DNA of 64,000 nt, taken from contig CANFEB010000005.1 of NCBI GenBank assembly GCA_947445775.1, forward strand, positions 36,066 to 100,065, read 5' to 3'. The notes below the pieces were generated by a model. The model searched no databases. It saw only the letters and a program-made list of their open reading frames with translations, and had not been told where the DNA came from. Position numbers and translations under genes: made by a program. Positions within the stretch are counted from its first letter, which is position 1; each line of letters starts with the position of its first letter. This DNA is from Oligoflexales bacterium. GTDB taxonomy: Bacteria; Bdellovibrionota_B; Oligoflexia; Oligoflexales; RGVZ01. This document shows, piece after piece, positions 10,083 to 20,091 of this stretch.

Positions 10083-11327
10083 ATGGAATTCGTTGTGCAA
10101 AAATATGGCGGCACCTCGGTCGGGTCTTTGGACCGGATTAAGCTTGTTGCCGATCATGTCGCTGCGACGCGCGCTCAGGGCGTGAATGTCGTCGTTGTGG
10201 TCAGTGCCATGGGCGAGAAGACGGACGAGTTGATCGCCATGGCCCGGACCCTGAGCGCGGATCCCCCGCGCCGTGAGGTTGATATGCTGCTCACGTCAGG
10301 CGAGCGCGTGAGCATGGCATTGCTCAGCATCGCGCTGTATGAGCGAGGCTTGAAATCCGTTTCTCTGACCGGATCTCAAAGCGGTATCCTTACCGACGAA
10401 AATCATGGCAATGCCCGCATTGAAAAAATTCTCGGTGACCGGATTCGCCGTGGCTTGGCGGACGATTCCATTGTGATCGTTGCCGGCTTTCAGGGAGTCA
10501 GCCCCAAGACCAAGGAAGTGACCACCCTTGGACGCGGTGGATCCGATTTGAGTGCCGTGGCGCTAGCGTCCGTCCTCGGAGCTGTGCGCTGCGAACTGTA
10601 CAAGGATGTGGAGGGGGTTTTCACGGCAGACCCCAGGATTGTGCCGGGCGCACGCAAAATTGATTCCTTGCCCTGGTATGCCATGACGGAAATGGCCTGG
10701 GCCGGCGCTGAAGTCTTGCACGCCCGCGCCGCGCATGTTGCTTCCCGGTTCGGACTTAGCGTCGAGATTCGTTCTAGTTTCAAAACCGATTTGCGCGGAA
10801 CCATCGTCAAACCTACAACGGAAACGGATATCGCCATGTCGATCGATAAAAATGGAATTGAGCAGGCGATGGTCCATACAATCACTTGCAAACACCACAT
10901 GTGCATGTTCGAAGTCGAAGTTGCTGGTGATGGCGCAGAAGATCGGGCCAGTAAAATTCACGCGGGTATTCTGGAGTTCCTTTGGCACCAGGGTGAGGCC
11001 CCCGGGATCAATCAACGGATCGGAGAGATGCTGCGTTTTATGATTTCAGAAAATTCTGCGACGGCACTGAGGGCCGCTTTCGCTGATGGCCGCATGGGTG
11101 CGCAGCCGAAGTCGGTCCACGTGAACTTGGCGGGGACATCCGCGGTTGCGGTGATCGGCAATGGTTTTTTACAGGGTCCGGAAAAGGTCAATCAGGCGCT
11201 GGCGGCTGCCCAGTCGGTCGGCCGTGTTTTATTCTGGGATATCCGTAACCAGGTTTTGACGATCGGGGTTAGTGATGGCGAAGCAACGGCTGTGGTCAAT
11301 GCCCTGCATGAGGCATTGGTTTGCTGA
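10083..11327 (+). CDS. lysC: Aspartate kinase
   Basis: [35 protein letters not shown]; C-terminal ACT region divergent. Confidence 0.95.
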   Translation: MEFVVQKYGGTSVGSLDRIKLVADHVAATRAQGVNVVVVVSAMGEKTDELIAMARTLSADPPRREVDMLLTSGERVSMALLSIALYERGLKSVSLTGSQSGILTDENHGNARIEKILGDRIRRGLADDSIVIVAGFQGVSPKTKEVTTLGRGGSDLSAVALASVLGAVRCELYKDVEGVFTADPRIVPGARKIDSLPWYAMTEMAWAGAEVLHARAAHVASRFGLSVEIRSSFKTDLRGTIVKPTTETDIAMSIDKNGIEQAMVHTITCKHHMCMFEVEVAGDGAEDRASKIHAGILEFLWHQGEAPGINQRIGEMLRFMISENSATALRAAFADGRMGAQPKSVHVNLAGTSAVAVIGNGFLQGPEKVNQALAAAQSVGRVLFWDIRNQVLTIGVSDGEATAVVNALHEALVC

Positions 11328-11580
11328 CATGCTATGTGACTGAGCTTCATATTGCCAAAAATATACTCAGTGATTACAACTGGTTATGAATGTGGCTTAT
11401 GTGACTAAGCCCAGAAGGGGACGTAACTCGCCATTTTTTCGTGACATTTATCAGCGACTTCGTCCCCTTAACTAATCAGCAATATCGTCCCATTTGAGGA
11501 TTCGACCAAACGCTGGAATTCTTTAGGTGATATTTCTCGGCTCCCTTGGTCAGCACTTTTTTTGTGCCATCACCACCTGT

Positions 11581-12015
11581 TTAAATGGCCAGGCTGGCCG
11601 CCCCAGCTGCACGCTTGCGCGCCTGCGCCATGAAACCGGTGCCAAGTTCTTGTTTGGCAGCGGCTGCCGCCGGGATGCTTCCACGTGCATTGACCGCGGT
11701 CACGCAGCCATACTGCATGACGGGTCGCCGCCGGAATTGCTGGACGAGATGGGGATTTTTTTGTTGGACTTTGATCCCCATTCCCCGGGGAAGCGAGGCC
11801 GGAGACTGCTTCTGCCTCGGTCTCTACTTCGCCAGAGGCTTCCTTCTCTGAGGAAGGAGAATTTTCGGCGCGATTAAGGCCAAGTGAGATACCTGCGTCT
11901 CGCCAGATTCCAGCATCTTTTGCGCCGTTCAAGTTCCCCAATGAGCGACAGGGACTCCAAGGTTATACTTCGCTCGCGGGTGTGCAGTTGTTTTGTTTCT
12001 TAGGAAAAACATAGC
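11581..12015 (-). pseudogene. HNH endonuclease gene remnant inside the transposon
   Basis: Fragments in shifting frames: ETKQLHTRERSITLESLSLIGELERRK; KMLESGETQVSHLALIAP; PAIPAATRHAVWLRDRGQCTWKHPGGSRC; AKQELGTGFMAQARKR*. Confidence 0.75.
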
Positions 12016-12129
12016 ATCAGTTTTTATACGAGTAATTTTTCGTGTTGGTCATGCCGTCAAAAAGATCTCCGCCATGGCAGTCAATATTGGCAGTGACAGT
12101 TAGCAACGATGTTTCATCTCGCGCCTCGA

Positions 12130-12414
12130 CGTGATCCCGTTCAATTCGCCCCTTTGACTCAGCCGAGTCGGTGGTGATAACGCGAATTCTTAGAGCTTCA
12201 TGGCTCTTCGCAGGCACGCACGAATTGAGAAAAATTCCGGCGTTCTTCGCCGCCGCCGGCCCAGCCGCTGTCATCCGTATAAATCATGGCCATGCCCCAG
12301 ATTGAAGTCTCGATAGACCTCGCGAGCCAGTTTCAGCATTTGATTACGTTTGCCGTCGTCGATGCGATTGGCGGCCGGCCTCTGATAATTCCTGGGGTTG
12401 ATTCCCGCGCCCAT
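12130..12414 (-). pseudogene. IS1202/ISNCY-type DDE transposase remnant
   Basis: NYQRPAANRIDDGKRNQMLKLAREVYRDFN; IYTDDSGWAGG..NFSQFVRACEE; LRIRVITTDSAESKGRIER (KGRIER catalytic-E region); SD GAAGGGGG before ATG 12414. Confidence 0.78.
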
Positions 12415-12434
12415 TAAGGCCCCCCTTCGATCCC

Positions 12435-12447
12435 TAACCAATTGATT
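12435..12447 (-). promoter_or_regulatory. IHF-consensus site inside the transposon end
   Basis: AATCAATTGGTTA matches WATCAANNNNTTR; one mismatch in copy 2. Confidence 0.4.
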
Positions 12448-12714
12448 TGGGTAGGAAGAGCTTAGGGGGTACGGGACGAAGTCGCTGATTAATTCAGACG
12501 GGACGATATCGCCGATGAATTACACTCTTTCGCAAAATAGGGACGCAACTGCGAACAAATATCTTGTTATTCTAAATGGTTAACGGTTTCCACAGGACTG
12601 TGATGATTTATCTTCAGGATTATGAGGATATCGTGACAATTGTAGCAAAAAACTGAGGGGGCGTTAAGCGCAATGGATAAGTGTTACCGAAAGGGCGCAT
12701 GGGTTCAGGCTGAA

Positions 12715-13629
12715 TCAATCGAGTGATTTTGAAACGCTGAGTCCAAATGTTGCCGCAGAGGCTTCTTGGATATTGGTCTGGCCAAGGCTCACGCCCACAT
12801 GCCAATTCGCCAGATTCACCATGGCCGTCGCTGTGCCGCGCGTCACAAGTCCAAATCCGTTGGTTATTTTCGTTGGGAACCCAGAAGATTCGCTCATATC
12901 ACTCTCGCCAACAACACCGGCAACATAAGCCAGTCCCGCATCGATCTCGCCACGAAATGAAACCCGGTGGGCGCTATACAGTGTGTAACCTAGGCCGGCG
13001 AGGCCGCTGTAAATGTTAGCATCGAAGGATTGGACATCAACGCCTCGGGTTTCGTGTCCCAGGTAATCACGTTCAACATAGGCCACGGATACTTCACCCG
13101 CGACTGTGGTAAACATGGCGCGCCCTGTCAGTTCAAGATCCTGCCAACTCCGAGTTATCCAAGCCCCTGTGGCTTCAATGCCCGCAGCCCCTGGTCCGAT
13201 AGAGAAACTCGCGGACGCCACGGTTGCGTCGATCAGGCGACGGCCTTGATTGCGTTGAATGGTATAAAGTTCTTCAATCGACGTTGGGTCGGTGACGTTG
13301 CTAAGCAATGCCACCCGTTCGCCGCCACTAACGCTCGAGTAGGCCTTGTCGATGCCAACGATGCGGCGTTTGCCCGCCATCTTTTGGACGCGCCCGTAGG
13401 CAACCAGACGATCATCACTGGAAAAAAATCCAACGCGGTCGCCCGTGATTAATTCTGGCGAAGAAACAATGCACTGCTTGCCAGAGGCATTGCAGCTTTC
13501 AACCTGGGCAACCTTAGCTGCCTTGGCAACGTTGCTACCGAGCGCCAGTAGCAGCAACACCAACATTTTAAGGAGAGCAGCAAAATCTGGTTTTGATTTT
13601 GACTTTTGGAAGCTGTTTTTACGGGACAT
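12715..13629 (-). CDS. Hypothetical exported protein, probable C-terminal outer-membrane beta-barrel
   Basis: Signal peptide ending in AKA; alternating beta-strand pattern in the C-terminal half. Confidence 0.65.
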   Translation of the reverse strand: MSRKNSFQKSKSKPDFAALLKMLVLLLLALGSNVAKAAKVAQVESCNASGKQCIVSSPELITGDRVGFFSSDDRLVAYGRVQKMAGKRRIVGIDKAYSSVSGGERVALLSNVTDPTSIEELYTIQRNQGRRLIDATVASASFSIGPGAAGIEATGAWITRSWQDLELTGRAMFTTVAGEVSVAYVERDYLGHETRGVDVQSFDANIYSGLAGLGYTLYSAHRVSFRGEIDAGLAYVAGVVGESDMSESSGFPTKITNGFGLVTRGTATAMVNLANWHVGVSLGQTNIQEASAATFGLSVSKSLD

Positions 13630-13797
13630 GTTCGGAAACCCCATCACGTTCGCTGCTATTGATGCAAGGATGAGGCCGCGAAGTGCATTGATATTATTGA
13701 TTGATTACAGGGTGTTGACTGGTTATACTTGAGTCTGACTGTCAACAGTTTGGTCAAGGGTTCTGGTTGTGTTACCGTTTTGGGCTCGGAGGAAGCG

Positions 13798-14229
13798 ATG
13801 GAACCATCATCGGATTTGTCAGTTGAATTGCCCGACGACCAGAAACAGAAGTCGCGGTTGGTCTGGATTGCCGCAGCTTTGGTAGCCGGATTGGCGACGT
13901 TGTATGTGGGGCGCTATCTCTTGGTGCAATTCACTCAGGGACGAACCCAGCAGGGTGAGTCAGGTGACGAGTTTTTGATCGACGGTTTTGAAAAGGGAGT
14001 GTTTCGCCAAATTCAATTGGGCGATTACCCGCAAATTCTAGTCGAAGACAGCGAAGGTAAATTAAACGCCTACGCTTGTTCGGACGGCTGCCCACCACTT
14101 GATCAAAATCCAGATTTGTACCTGAACCAGCAAGTTCGGGTTTTCTTGCGCAGTCAGTCGACTCCAGGGAGCGACGATCCTGTAGACAACGATATCAAGG
14201 TTGTTGTTCGCGTTGAGCTAGTGCCTTGA
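13798..14229 (+). CDS. Hypothetical single-TM membrane protein
   Basis: SD GGAGG before ATG 13798; one hydrophobic helix. Confidence 0.65.
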   Translation: MEPSSDLSVELPDDQKQKSRLVWIAAALVAGLATLYVGRYLLVQFTQGRTQQGESGDEFLIDGFEKGVFRQIQLGDYPQILVEDSEGKLNAYACSDGCPPLDQNPDLYLNQQVRVFLRSQSTPGSDDPVDNDIKVVVRVELVP

Positions 14230-14695
14230 GGGCTTCTAGCGCTTCAACCGCTTCAACCGCTTTTATATTTTGAACCAAGATTCCTTGATAAATCTGCCAA
14301 GCACGCAGCCAAGATAGTCGCTGGCGTTCCTGAGGCAAGCGGCCAAGCCATTCCGGCAGGGTGGCCAGACGCAAGGGCCGGCTTGGGTCGGCAGGAATGA
14401 TGCCGGTGGGTTTAAGGTTTTCGGATTGAACAACGTAAAGAGTCGCCGGAATTTTCGATTCCAGCATCACAATATCCTCAAAATCTGGACAGACTTGATA
14501 GCCCGCCGGCTCCAAGGCGAATCCGAGGCGACTCCTGATCATATCCGCAATTTGTGGCAGGATCGGCATGAGCGGCTGCACCTGCAAATGCAGGCCGGCC
14601 CATGGCCCAGGATCAGATGGAAACATCCACAGTCCGTTGCCGCCATCCAATGGCACCAGGATCAGCGCACGATCCGTTTTGCAGTTCACTAACAT
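14195..14695 (-). CDS. Hypothetical protein downstream of mglA
   Basis: 166-aa ORF with SD AGGAGG, 17 bp after the mglA stop. Confidence 0.65.
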   Translation of the reverse strand: MLVNCKTDRALILVPLDGGNGLWMFPSDPGPWAGLHLQVQPLMPILPQIADMIRSRLGFALEPAGYQVCPDFEDIVMLESKIPATLYVVQSENLKPTGIIPADPSRPLRLATLPEWLGRLPQERQRLSWLRAWQIYQGILVQNIKAVEAVEALEALKALAQREQQP

Positions 14696-14712
14696 TCGCG
14701 ATCCTCCTGGTT

Positions 14713-15294
14713 TCAGATGGACAAGGTTTTGATGATCTGTCGGGCGACCGACTGTAACGTCTCAAGGGTGCCGACGGAGCGGGTCGCAATGGCCTCGTGA
14801 TCCGGGAAGCCACCTGAATTTAGTTCTTCGCGGAGGACATCAACGGGCATGATGTCGTCCATGTCGCGTTTGTTATATTGAATGACTCGTGGGGTTTCGC
14901 TGATGCTGTAGCCGTGATCAGCGAGAAGGCGGCGCACATGAGTCATGGATTCAATGTTGTCTGCCATGGCTTCAATCCGCGAATCGGCGACGAAGACAAA
15001 GGCATCAAGCCCTTTCATCAAGGTATGCTGAAGGGTTTCGTAAAGGGTGTGCACCGGCATCGTATAAAGGTGCAGCTTCACATGGAAGTCTTTGACCTTG
15101 CCCAGGCTTACCGGCAGAAAATCAAAAAACGGAGTCGGCCCGGCATTGCCGGACATATCGACCATTCCGGCCTTCATTTCACCTGCTGTGCTGGTATAGA
15201 CCGACTTTAGATTTAAGGTTTTTCCGGCCGACTGGGGTCCGAAATAGATCACCTTGCAGTGGATTTCGCGGGTTTCAAAGTTGGTAAAGGCCAT
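14713..15294 (-). CDS. mglA: MglA-family small Ras-like GTPase (catalytically divergent)
   Basis: Colinear with MglA: REIHCKVIYFGP..GKT, FFDFLP, KGLDAFVFVADS, IQYNKRD. Confidence 0.88.
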   Translation of the reverse strand: MAFTNFETREIHCKVIYFGPQSAGKTLNLKSVYTSTAGEMKAGMVDMSGNAGPTPFFDFLPVSLGKVKDFHVKLHLYTMPVHTLYETLQHTLMKGLDAFVFVADSRIEAMADNIESMTHVRRLLADHGYSISETPRVIQYNKRDMDDIMPVDVLREELNSGGFPDHEAIATRSVGTLETLQSVARQIIKTLSI

Positions 15295-15317
15295 ACACCC
15301 GCCCCACGTCTGGAAAG

Positions 15318-17006
15318 TCAGTCAATGTTCTTGATACGAACATTTTCCACTTTTCCGCCGAAAACTTCCAGAACATCACGGGTTGTCTGATGGTTTACGG
15401 CAGCCTGACGCAAGGCGTCGTGGCGTTGTAGCGTTTCACGTTCGCTTTTTTGGGCCAGGGACTCCGGTGGGGATGCCGCAGCGGTGGTATCGGCAATGGC
15501 TGTGAAATTTGTCTGGGGCTGGGCTTTTTCAATGACGATTCGACCCTGAAAGCCAAAAAGGTCTGAGAATGACTGCTTCAGTCTGGCTTGCTCGTCCGGG
15601 TTTAGCAGGCAGCGGGCAAAAGACGATTCCAGCACGGTCAGAGAAATCAATTCTGGACTGTAAACATGAGGATGAGCATCTTCAAGTTTGCCGGCTTGGA
15701 GGGGACGGTGATGGCGCCAGATAGCGACTAGATCATGCCATGTCGCCGGAAAGACTTTGATTTTTTTGGCTGTCTCCGATGCAACCGGCGCTGAAGCAAC
15801 GAGCACTTGAGCGGCGGGTGATTGAGCAACGGGTGCGGCCATTGGCTGTGCAGGGACTTGGGTGGTTTGGACGAGTTGGGCCGTTTGGCGGAGTTGTTGG
15901 AGATCCGGCAGCCCCGGGTCCAGGCACCACTCAAAAGCGTAGTTTTCAAGAATGCAACGGTCCAGCGGGCTGCCGTCAAGATCTTGCCGGCAGCGAACGA
16001 GAGTCCTGAAAATTCGGTTTAAATCAAAATTGGCGGCAGACTTGCCGATCTTTTCCAGTTCCTGAAGTTCGCCCGCATCCAGATCAAGCTGCGCGAGGTC
16101 CAAGGCGTCGCATCCCAAGTCACGGATGACAAAAGTGTGGCGCGTGAGTTGGGCTAAATCTTCAACGACGCTCATTAAATCAGTGCCGGTTTGCTCAATC
16201 TGGTCGATGGTTGCCACCAAAAGTTTGGAGTCTTTGGCGACCAATGCGCGAAGCAGGGTTGTGATCAGTTCCCTGGGTGCCTGGGCCGTGATGCCTTCGC
16301 ACAATGCAGCGGTCAGCTTGCCATTGCTGATGGCGATGGCCTGGTCAAGGAGGGTTAGCGCATCCCGCATGGACCCGCGGGCTTCACGTGCAATTGGCCG
16401 CAAAGATCCAGGCTCGTGAGGAATCCCCTCAAGGCGCAGGATTTCTTCAAGGCGAGACACCACGGTTGCTGAGGTCATTTTCTGCAGCAAGAAAACCTGG
16501 CAGCGCGACAAAATCGTCTGGGGGATTTTCTGCAATTCCGTCGTGGCGAACAAGAAAACCACGTGCGCCGGAGGTTCTTCCAGCGTCTTGAGGAGCGCAT
16601 TGAAGGCGCTCTGCGACAGCATGTGAACTTCGTCGATTAGATAAATTTTATATTTCGAGCGTTGTGGGACATAACCGATGGAATCGCGCAACAACCGGAC
16701 GTCATCAACGCTCGTGTTCGATGCTCCGTCAATTTCCAGGACATCTTCATGATTGCCGGCGGAGATGGCATGGCAGCTTTCGCATTCTCCACATGGTGAA
16801 GGCGTCGGACCTGACTCGCAGTTTAGAGCCTTGGCGTAGAGGCGAGCTGTGGTGGTCTTACCCACCCCGCGGACCCCGGAAAATATGACCGCTTGCGGAG
16901 TCCTACCCATACGGATGGCGTTGGCCAGTGCCTGGGCTGTCGTGTCTTGTCCGACCAATTGATTAAAAGTTTGGGGGCGATATTTTCGGGCAAGTGGCTG
17001 AGTCAC
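15318..17006 (-). CDS. dnaX: DNA polymerase III subunit gamma/tau
   Basis: LARKYRPQTF, GVRGVGKTT, CxxCxxC, EIDGAS, IDEVHML, NALLKTLEEPP, SRC. Confidence 0.97.
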   Translation of the reverse strand: MTQPLARKYRPQTFNQLVGQDTTAQALANAIRMGRTPQAVIFSGVRGVGKTTTARLYAKALNCESGPTPSPCGECESCHAISAGNHEDVLEIDGASNTSVDDVRLLRDSIGYVPQRSKYKIYLIDEVHMLSQSAFNALLKTLEEPPAHVVFLFATTELQKIPQTILSRCQVFLLQKMTSATVVSRLEEILRLEGIPHEPGSLRPIAREARGSMRDALTLLDQAIAISNGKLTAALCEGITAQAPRELITTLLRALVAKDSKLLVATIDQIEQTGTDLMSVVEDLAQLTRHTFVIRDLGCDALDLAQLDLDAGELQELEKIGKSAANFDLNRIFRTLVRCRQDLDGSPLDRCILENYAFEWCLDPGLPDLQQLRQTAQLVQTTQVPAQPMAAPVAQSPAAQVLVASAPVASETAKKIKVFPATWHDLVAIWRHHRPLQAGKLEDAHPHVYSPELISLTVLESSFARCLLNPDEQARLKQSFSDLFGFQGRIVIEKAQPQTNFTAIADTTAAASPPESLAQKSERETLQRHDALRQAAVNHQTTRDVLEVFGGKVENVRIKNID

Positions 17007-17023
17007 GAAAAAACCTCAAAAAA

Positions 17024-17153
<130 letters not shown>

Positions 17154-17163
17154 AACTCAGCTA

Positions 17164-19899
17164 CTACAAAACGGCCTTGGCGGGCAAGTCTTTAGACTTC
17201 TTCCAGCCCTCAAACCAAACCACGCACATGGTCGCCAGAAACGTCGAAGACCAGGTTGCGGCGACAACCCCAACCGCCATCGCTACGGCGAAGTTCCAGA
17301 TGCTGCCCGTTGCAAAGAATATAATTCCCAACAAAGACAGCAGCGTACAAACCGACGTGTTGATGGACCGCCCCAACGTCTCATTGACGGCATTATTCAC
17401 GTTTTCGCGCAGGGGCCGCCGGGGATGCAACTCAAGGTTTTCACGAATCCGGTCGTAAATGACGACCGTGTCGTTAACGGTATAGCCGGCAACGGTCAAC
17501 AGCGCCGCAATCGACGTCAAGTCGAATGAGCGCTGAGCTAAGACGTAGAAGCCGAGAACCAGCAGGATGTCGACCACCATCTTGACCACGGTTCCAGGGG
17601 CGAAGCGGATATCAAAACGCAGCATAATGTAGAGAACGATCCCGATCAGGGCGTACAAGAGCGATGCGGCGCCCTGGGTGCGGAGCTCCTTGCCCACCTG
17701 TGGGCCGACGTAGTCGACACGCAGGATTTCCGGGTTGGCACTGCTCAAATCAGCCATCAAATTGGCCCTGAATCTATCAGTGCGGGAATCGATGTTGATG
17801 GTTTGTTCGGATGACATGGCGCTGGCTTGGGCACCCGTGGACTTTTTCTCGTCGCGATCAAAACGCAGCAAGTATTGCTGCTTTCCGCCGCTAAGTGCCT
17901 GGACCGTGACGTCGTCGATCCCGGCTTTGCGGGCTGCGTCTACTAACTGAGCGGAGGTGACGGTCTGAGCGAATTTGACCTCGACTTCTGTTCCCCCGGC
18001 AAAATCAACGGCCCAGTTCATTCCTTTGGTGGAAAGGGTGCCAAGGGATGCCACGACCAAAACAAGCGGCAGGGCAATGGCCATGGGAGCCTTACCAAGA
18101 AAATTGAAATTGAGGGGCTTGTGCACTTTCTGCTCGCTGGACCCGCCAAGCCAAGAGCGGATCTCCCGTTCTGACTTGCAGCGTGAAACGACCCAATCAA
18201 ACATCAGACGCGAACAATAAAGCGAAGTGAAAAGAGAGACCAGCAGACCGAGGAGCAGGGTGATCGCAAATCCCCGAATCGGGCCGGATGAATTGGTTTG
18301 GAGCAGTACTGTTGCGGCAATCAAGGACGTGGCATTGGAGTCGACAATCGTCCAGAAGACACGCTGAAAGCCAAGTTCAAGGGCCTTGCGTCCGGTTTTG
18401 CCTTCGCGGAGTTCCTGGCGAATGCGTTCATTGATAAGGACGTTGGCATCAACGGCCATGCCCAGAGTTAGAATGAAGCCTGCGATTCCCGGCAGTGACA
18501 GGGAAAAGTTGAACATGGCCATCAATGCGAGCAGGAAGACGCCGTTGAGCGTTAGGGCGAGGGTCGCGATAAACCCCGGGCGGCGGTAGTAAAGAAGGAT
18601 GAAAGCAAAAACAAACAACAGGCCAACTGCTGTTGAACGAATGCCCTGATTTGCCAGCTCCGGGCCGAGGCTCGCACCGACTTGGCGTTCTTCGAGGACT
18701 TTAATGGTCGCCGGCAAGGCGCCCGACTTCAAAATCAGGGACAGCTGATTGGCTTCCTCGATGATCTTGTCATAGCCCGTTCCGGAACCGAGCGTGATTT
18801 GAGCGCTGCCGCCGGAGATTTTCTGCTGGATGACCGGAGCGGATTGCACGACGTCATCCAAGACAATGGCCATGCGGCGCTTGACGTTGGCGCCAGTAAT
18901 ACTTTCGAAACGTTTTCCGCCGATGCCGGTGAATTGCATGGAAACAACCGGGCGCTGGTCGAGCTGGGAGTTGTCAACGGTAACGAAGGCATCGAGCACA
19001 TCTTCGCCAGTCAATTCCGTTGCGGCTTTTACCACATAGGAACGGTAGCGAGTCTTGCCGCCGACGAGAGTTTCTTCGGTGAACAAAAGCTCCCGATCAA
19101 CGGGGATCAGCGGTTTGGCCAAAGCGAGGATGGCGTTGCGATCCTCGGAAACGAGGGCGAACCCAGTCATGTCGCGCTCGGCTTGGATGTTCTCGGGGAG
19201 TTTTGCAGCGATTTCATTGAATCCGGTGAAATCGTCATCCACGATTTTGAATTTCAGTTGGGCTGTGCGCCCCAAAAATTCTTTGGCTTTTGCAGGGTCT
19301 TTGAAGCCAGGAAGCTGCACAAGAACGGAATTATCGGCGCGGCGGCTGATGATCGGTTCAGCCACGCCCCATTTATCGACGCGCGAGCGCACCACGCGCT
19401 CGGCCTGGTCAATGGCCGCCGCCTTGATGTCTTTGATCCGGTCTTCAATAAATGCAAATTCAATCGTGTTGCCGGAGATGCTGCCTTCTTGCTTTAGGCC
19501 CCGAAAGGCCTCCGTGAAGGCTTTTTTGAACTTCTCCATGTCGGTGCCACTGGCCATTTCGACGTGGAGTTTGGCCTGACCTTTGACCACATAGCTGGTC
19601 TGGATGGTCATGCTCTTTTCTTTGACCCAATCGGGAAGCTCCGTGCCGATCCGCCCAAGCTTGTTTTCGACCGCCTCAGTGGTGTCGACGCCAAGCACCA
19701 GTTGGACTCCGCCCTGCAGGTCGAGTCCCAGGTTGACGTAGGCTGCGGGGAGCCATTTAGGCAGTTTTGCCTTCACGGCCGCAGGGTCGTTACGCACCTC
19801 AGGCGGCAACGAGAAATAAACGATGGATGGAATGCCCGCCAATAGGCCAAGCACCGTCAAGACACTCACAAAGATCAATCGGAAACGCATCTGATTCAT
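17164..19899 (-). CDS. secDF: Protein translocase subunit SecDF (fused)
   Basis: LGLDLQGG, VGASLG, GMAVDANVLINERIRQE (SecD); DFAGG, VGPQVG, GYTVNDTVVIYDRIRE (SecF). Confidence 0.96.
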   Translation of the reverse strand: MNQMRFRLIFVSVLTVLGLLAGIPSIVYFSLPPEVRNDPAAVKAKLPKWLPAAYVNLGLDLQGGVQLVLGVDTTEAVENKLGRIGTELPDWVKEKSMTIQTSYVVKGQAKLHVEMASGTDMEKFKKAFTEAFRGLKQEGSISGNTIEFAFIEDRIKDIKAAAIDQAERVVRSRVDKWGVAEPIISRRADNSVLVQLPGFKDPAKAKEFLGRTAQLKFKIVDDDFTGFNEIAAKLPENIQAERDMTGFALVSEDRNAILALAKPLIPVDRELLFTEETLVGGKTRYRSYVVKAATELTGEDVLDAFVTVDNSQLDQRPVVSMQFTGIGGKRFESITGANVKRRMAIVLDDVVQSAPVIQQKISGGSAQITLGSGTGYDKIIEEANQLSLILKSGALPATIKVLEERQVGASLGPELANQGIRSTAVGLLFVFAFILLYYRRPGFIATLALTLNGVFLLALMAMFNFSLSLPGIAGFILTLGMAVDANVLINERIRQELREGKTGRKALELGFQRVFWTIVDSNATSLIAATVLLQTNSSGPIRGFAITLLLGLLVSLFTSLYCSRLMFDWVVSRCKSEREIRSWLGGSSEQKVHKPLNFNFLGKAPMAIALPLVLVVASLGTLSTKGMNWAVDFAGGTEVEVKFAQTVTSAQLVDAARKAGIDDVTVQALSGGKQQYLLRFDRDEKKSTGAQASAMSSEQTINIDSRTDRFRANLMADLSSANPEILRVDYVGPQVGKELRTQGAASLLYALIGIVLYIMLRFDIRFAPGTVVKMVVDILLVLGFYVLAQRSFDLTSIAALLTVAGYTVNDTVVIYDRIRENLELHPRRPLRENVNNAVNETLGRSINTSVCTLLSLLGIIFFATGSIWNFAVAMAVGVVAATWSSTFLATMCVVWFEGWKKSKDLPAKAVL

Positions 19900-20031
19900 T
19901 GGGGACAGCTCCTCGATTCGGCTTAGAGTAACGACCAGCAACTGTGAACAAGGGCCTTAACGACCGATCAGGCTCAAGAGAATAGCAGAGAAATATCGAC
20001 GTGCGCTACGAATCATAGATATAGGCGGCCC

Positions 20032-20069
20032 AAAAAAAAATCGCCCTGGCTTGTGGCCAAGGCGATTTT
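20032..20069 (-). terminator. Rho-independent terminator
   Basis: aaaatcgccttggc-caca-agccagggcgatttt hairpin ending in a T9 run on the minus strand. Confidence 0.85.
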
Positions 20070-20091
20070 ACCGGTGTTACCGGAAGTCGAC

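Larger units (their letters stand above)
11442..12524 (-). mobile_element. Degenerate IS1202/ISNCY-type transposon copy 1 (transposase plus HNH passenger remnants)
   Basis: Imperfect 25-bp TIRs TGACATTTATCAGCGACTTCGTCCC / TGTAATTCATCGGCGATATCGTCCC, each with a second subterminal repeat; second copy at 54335-54914. Confidence 0.82.

Noticed and set aside
11442-12524. Short GGGACG repeats as a CRISPR array
   Set aside because: Only two per end, inverted between ends, with no regular spacers or cas genes; better explained as transposase-binding repeats.
17164-19899. SecD-SecF fusion as a novelty
   Set aside because: Fused SecDF is well known in many bacteria.
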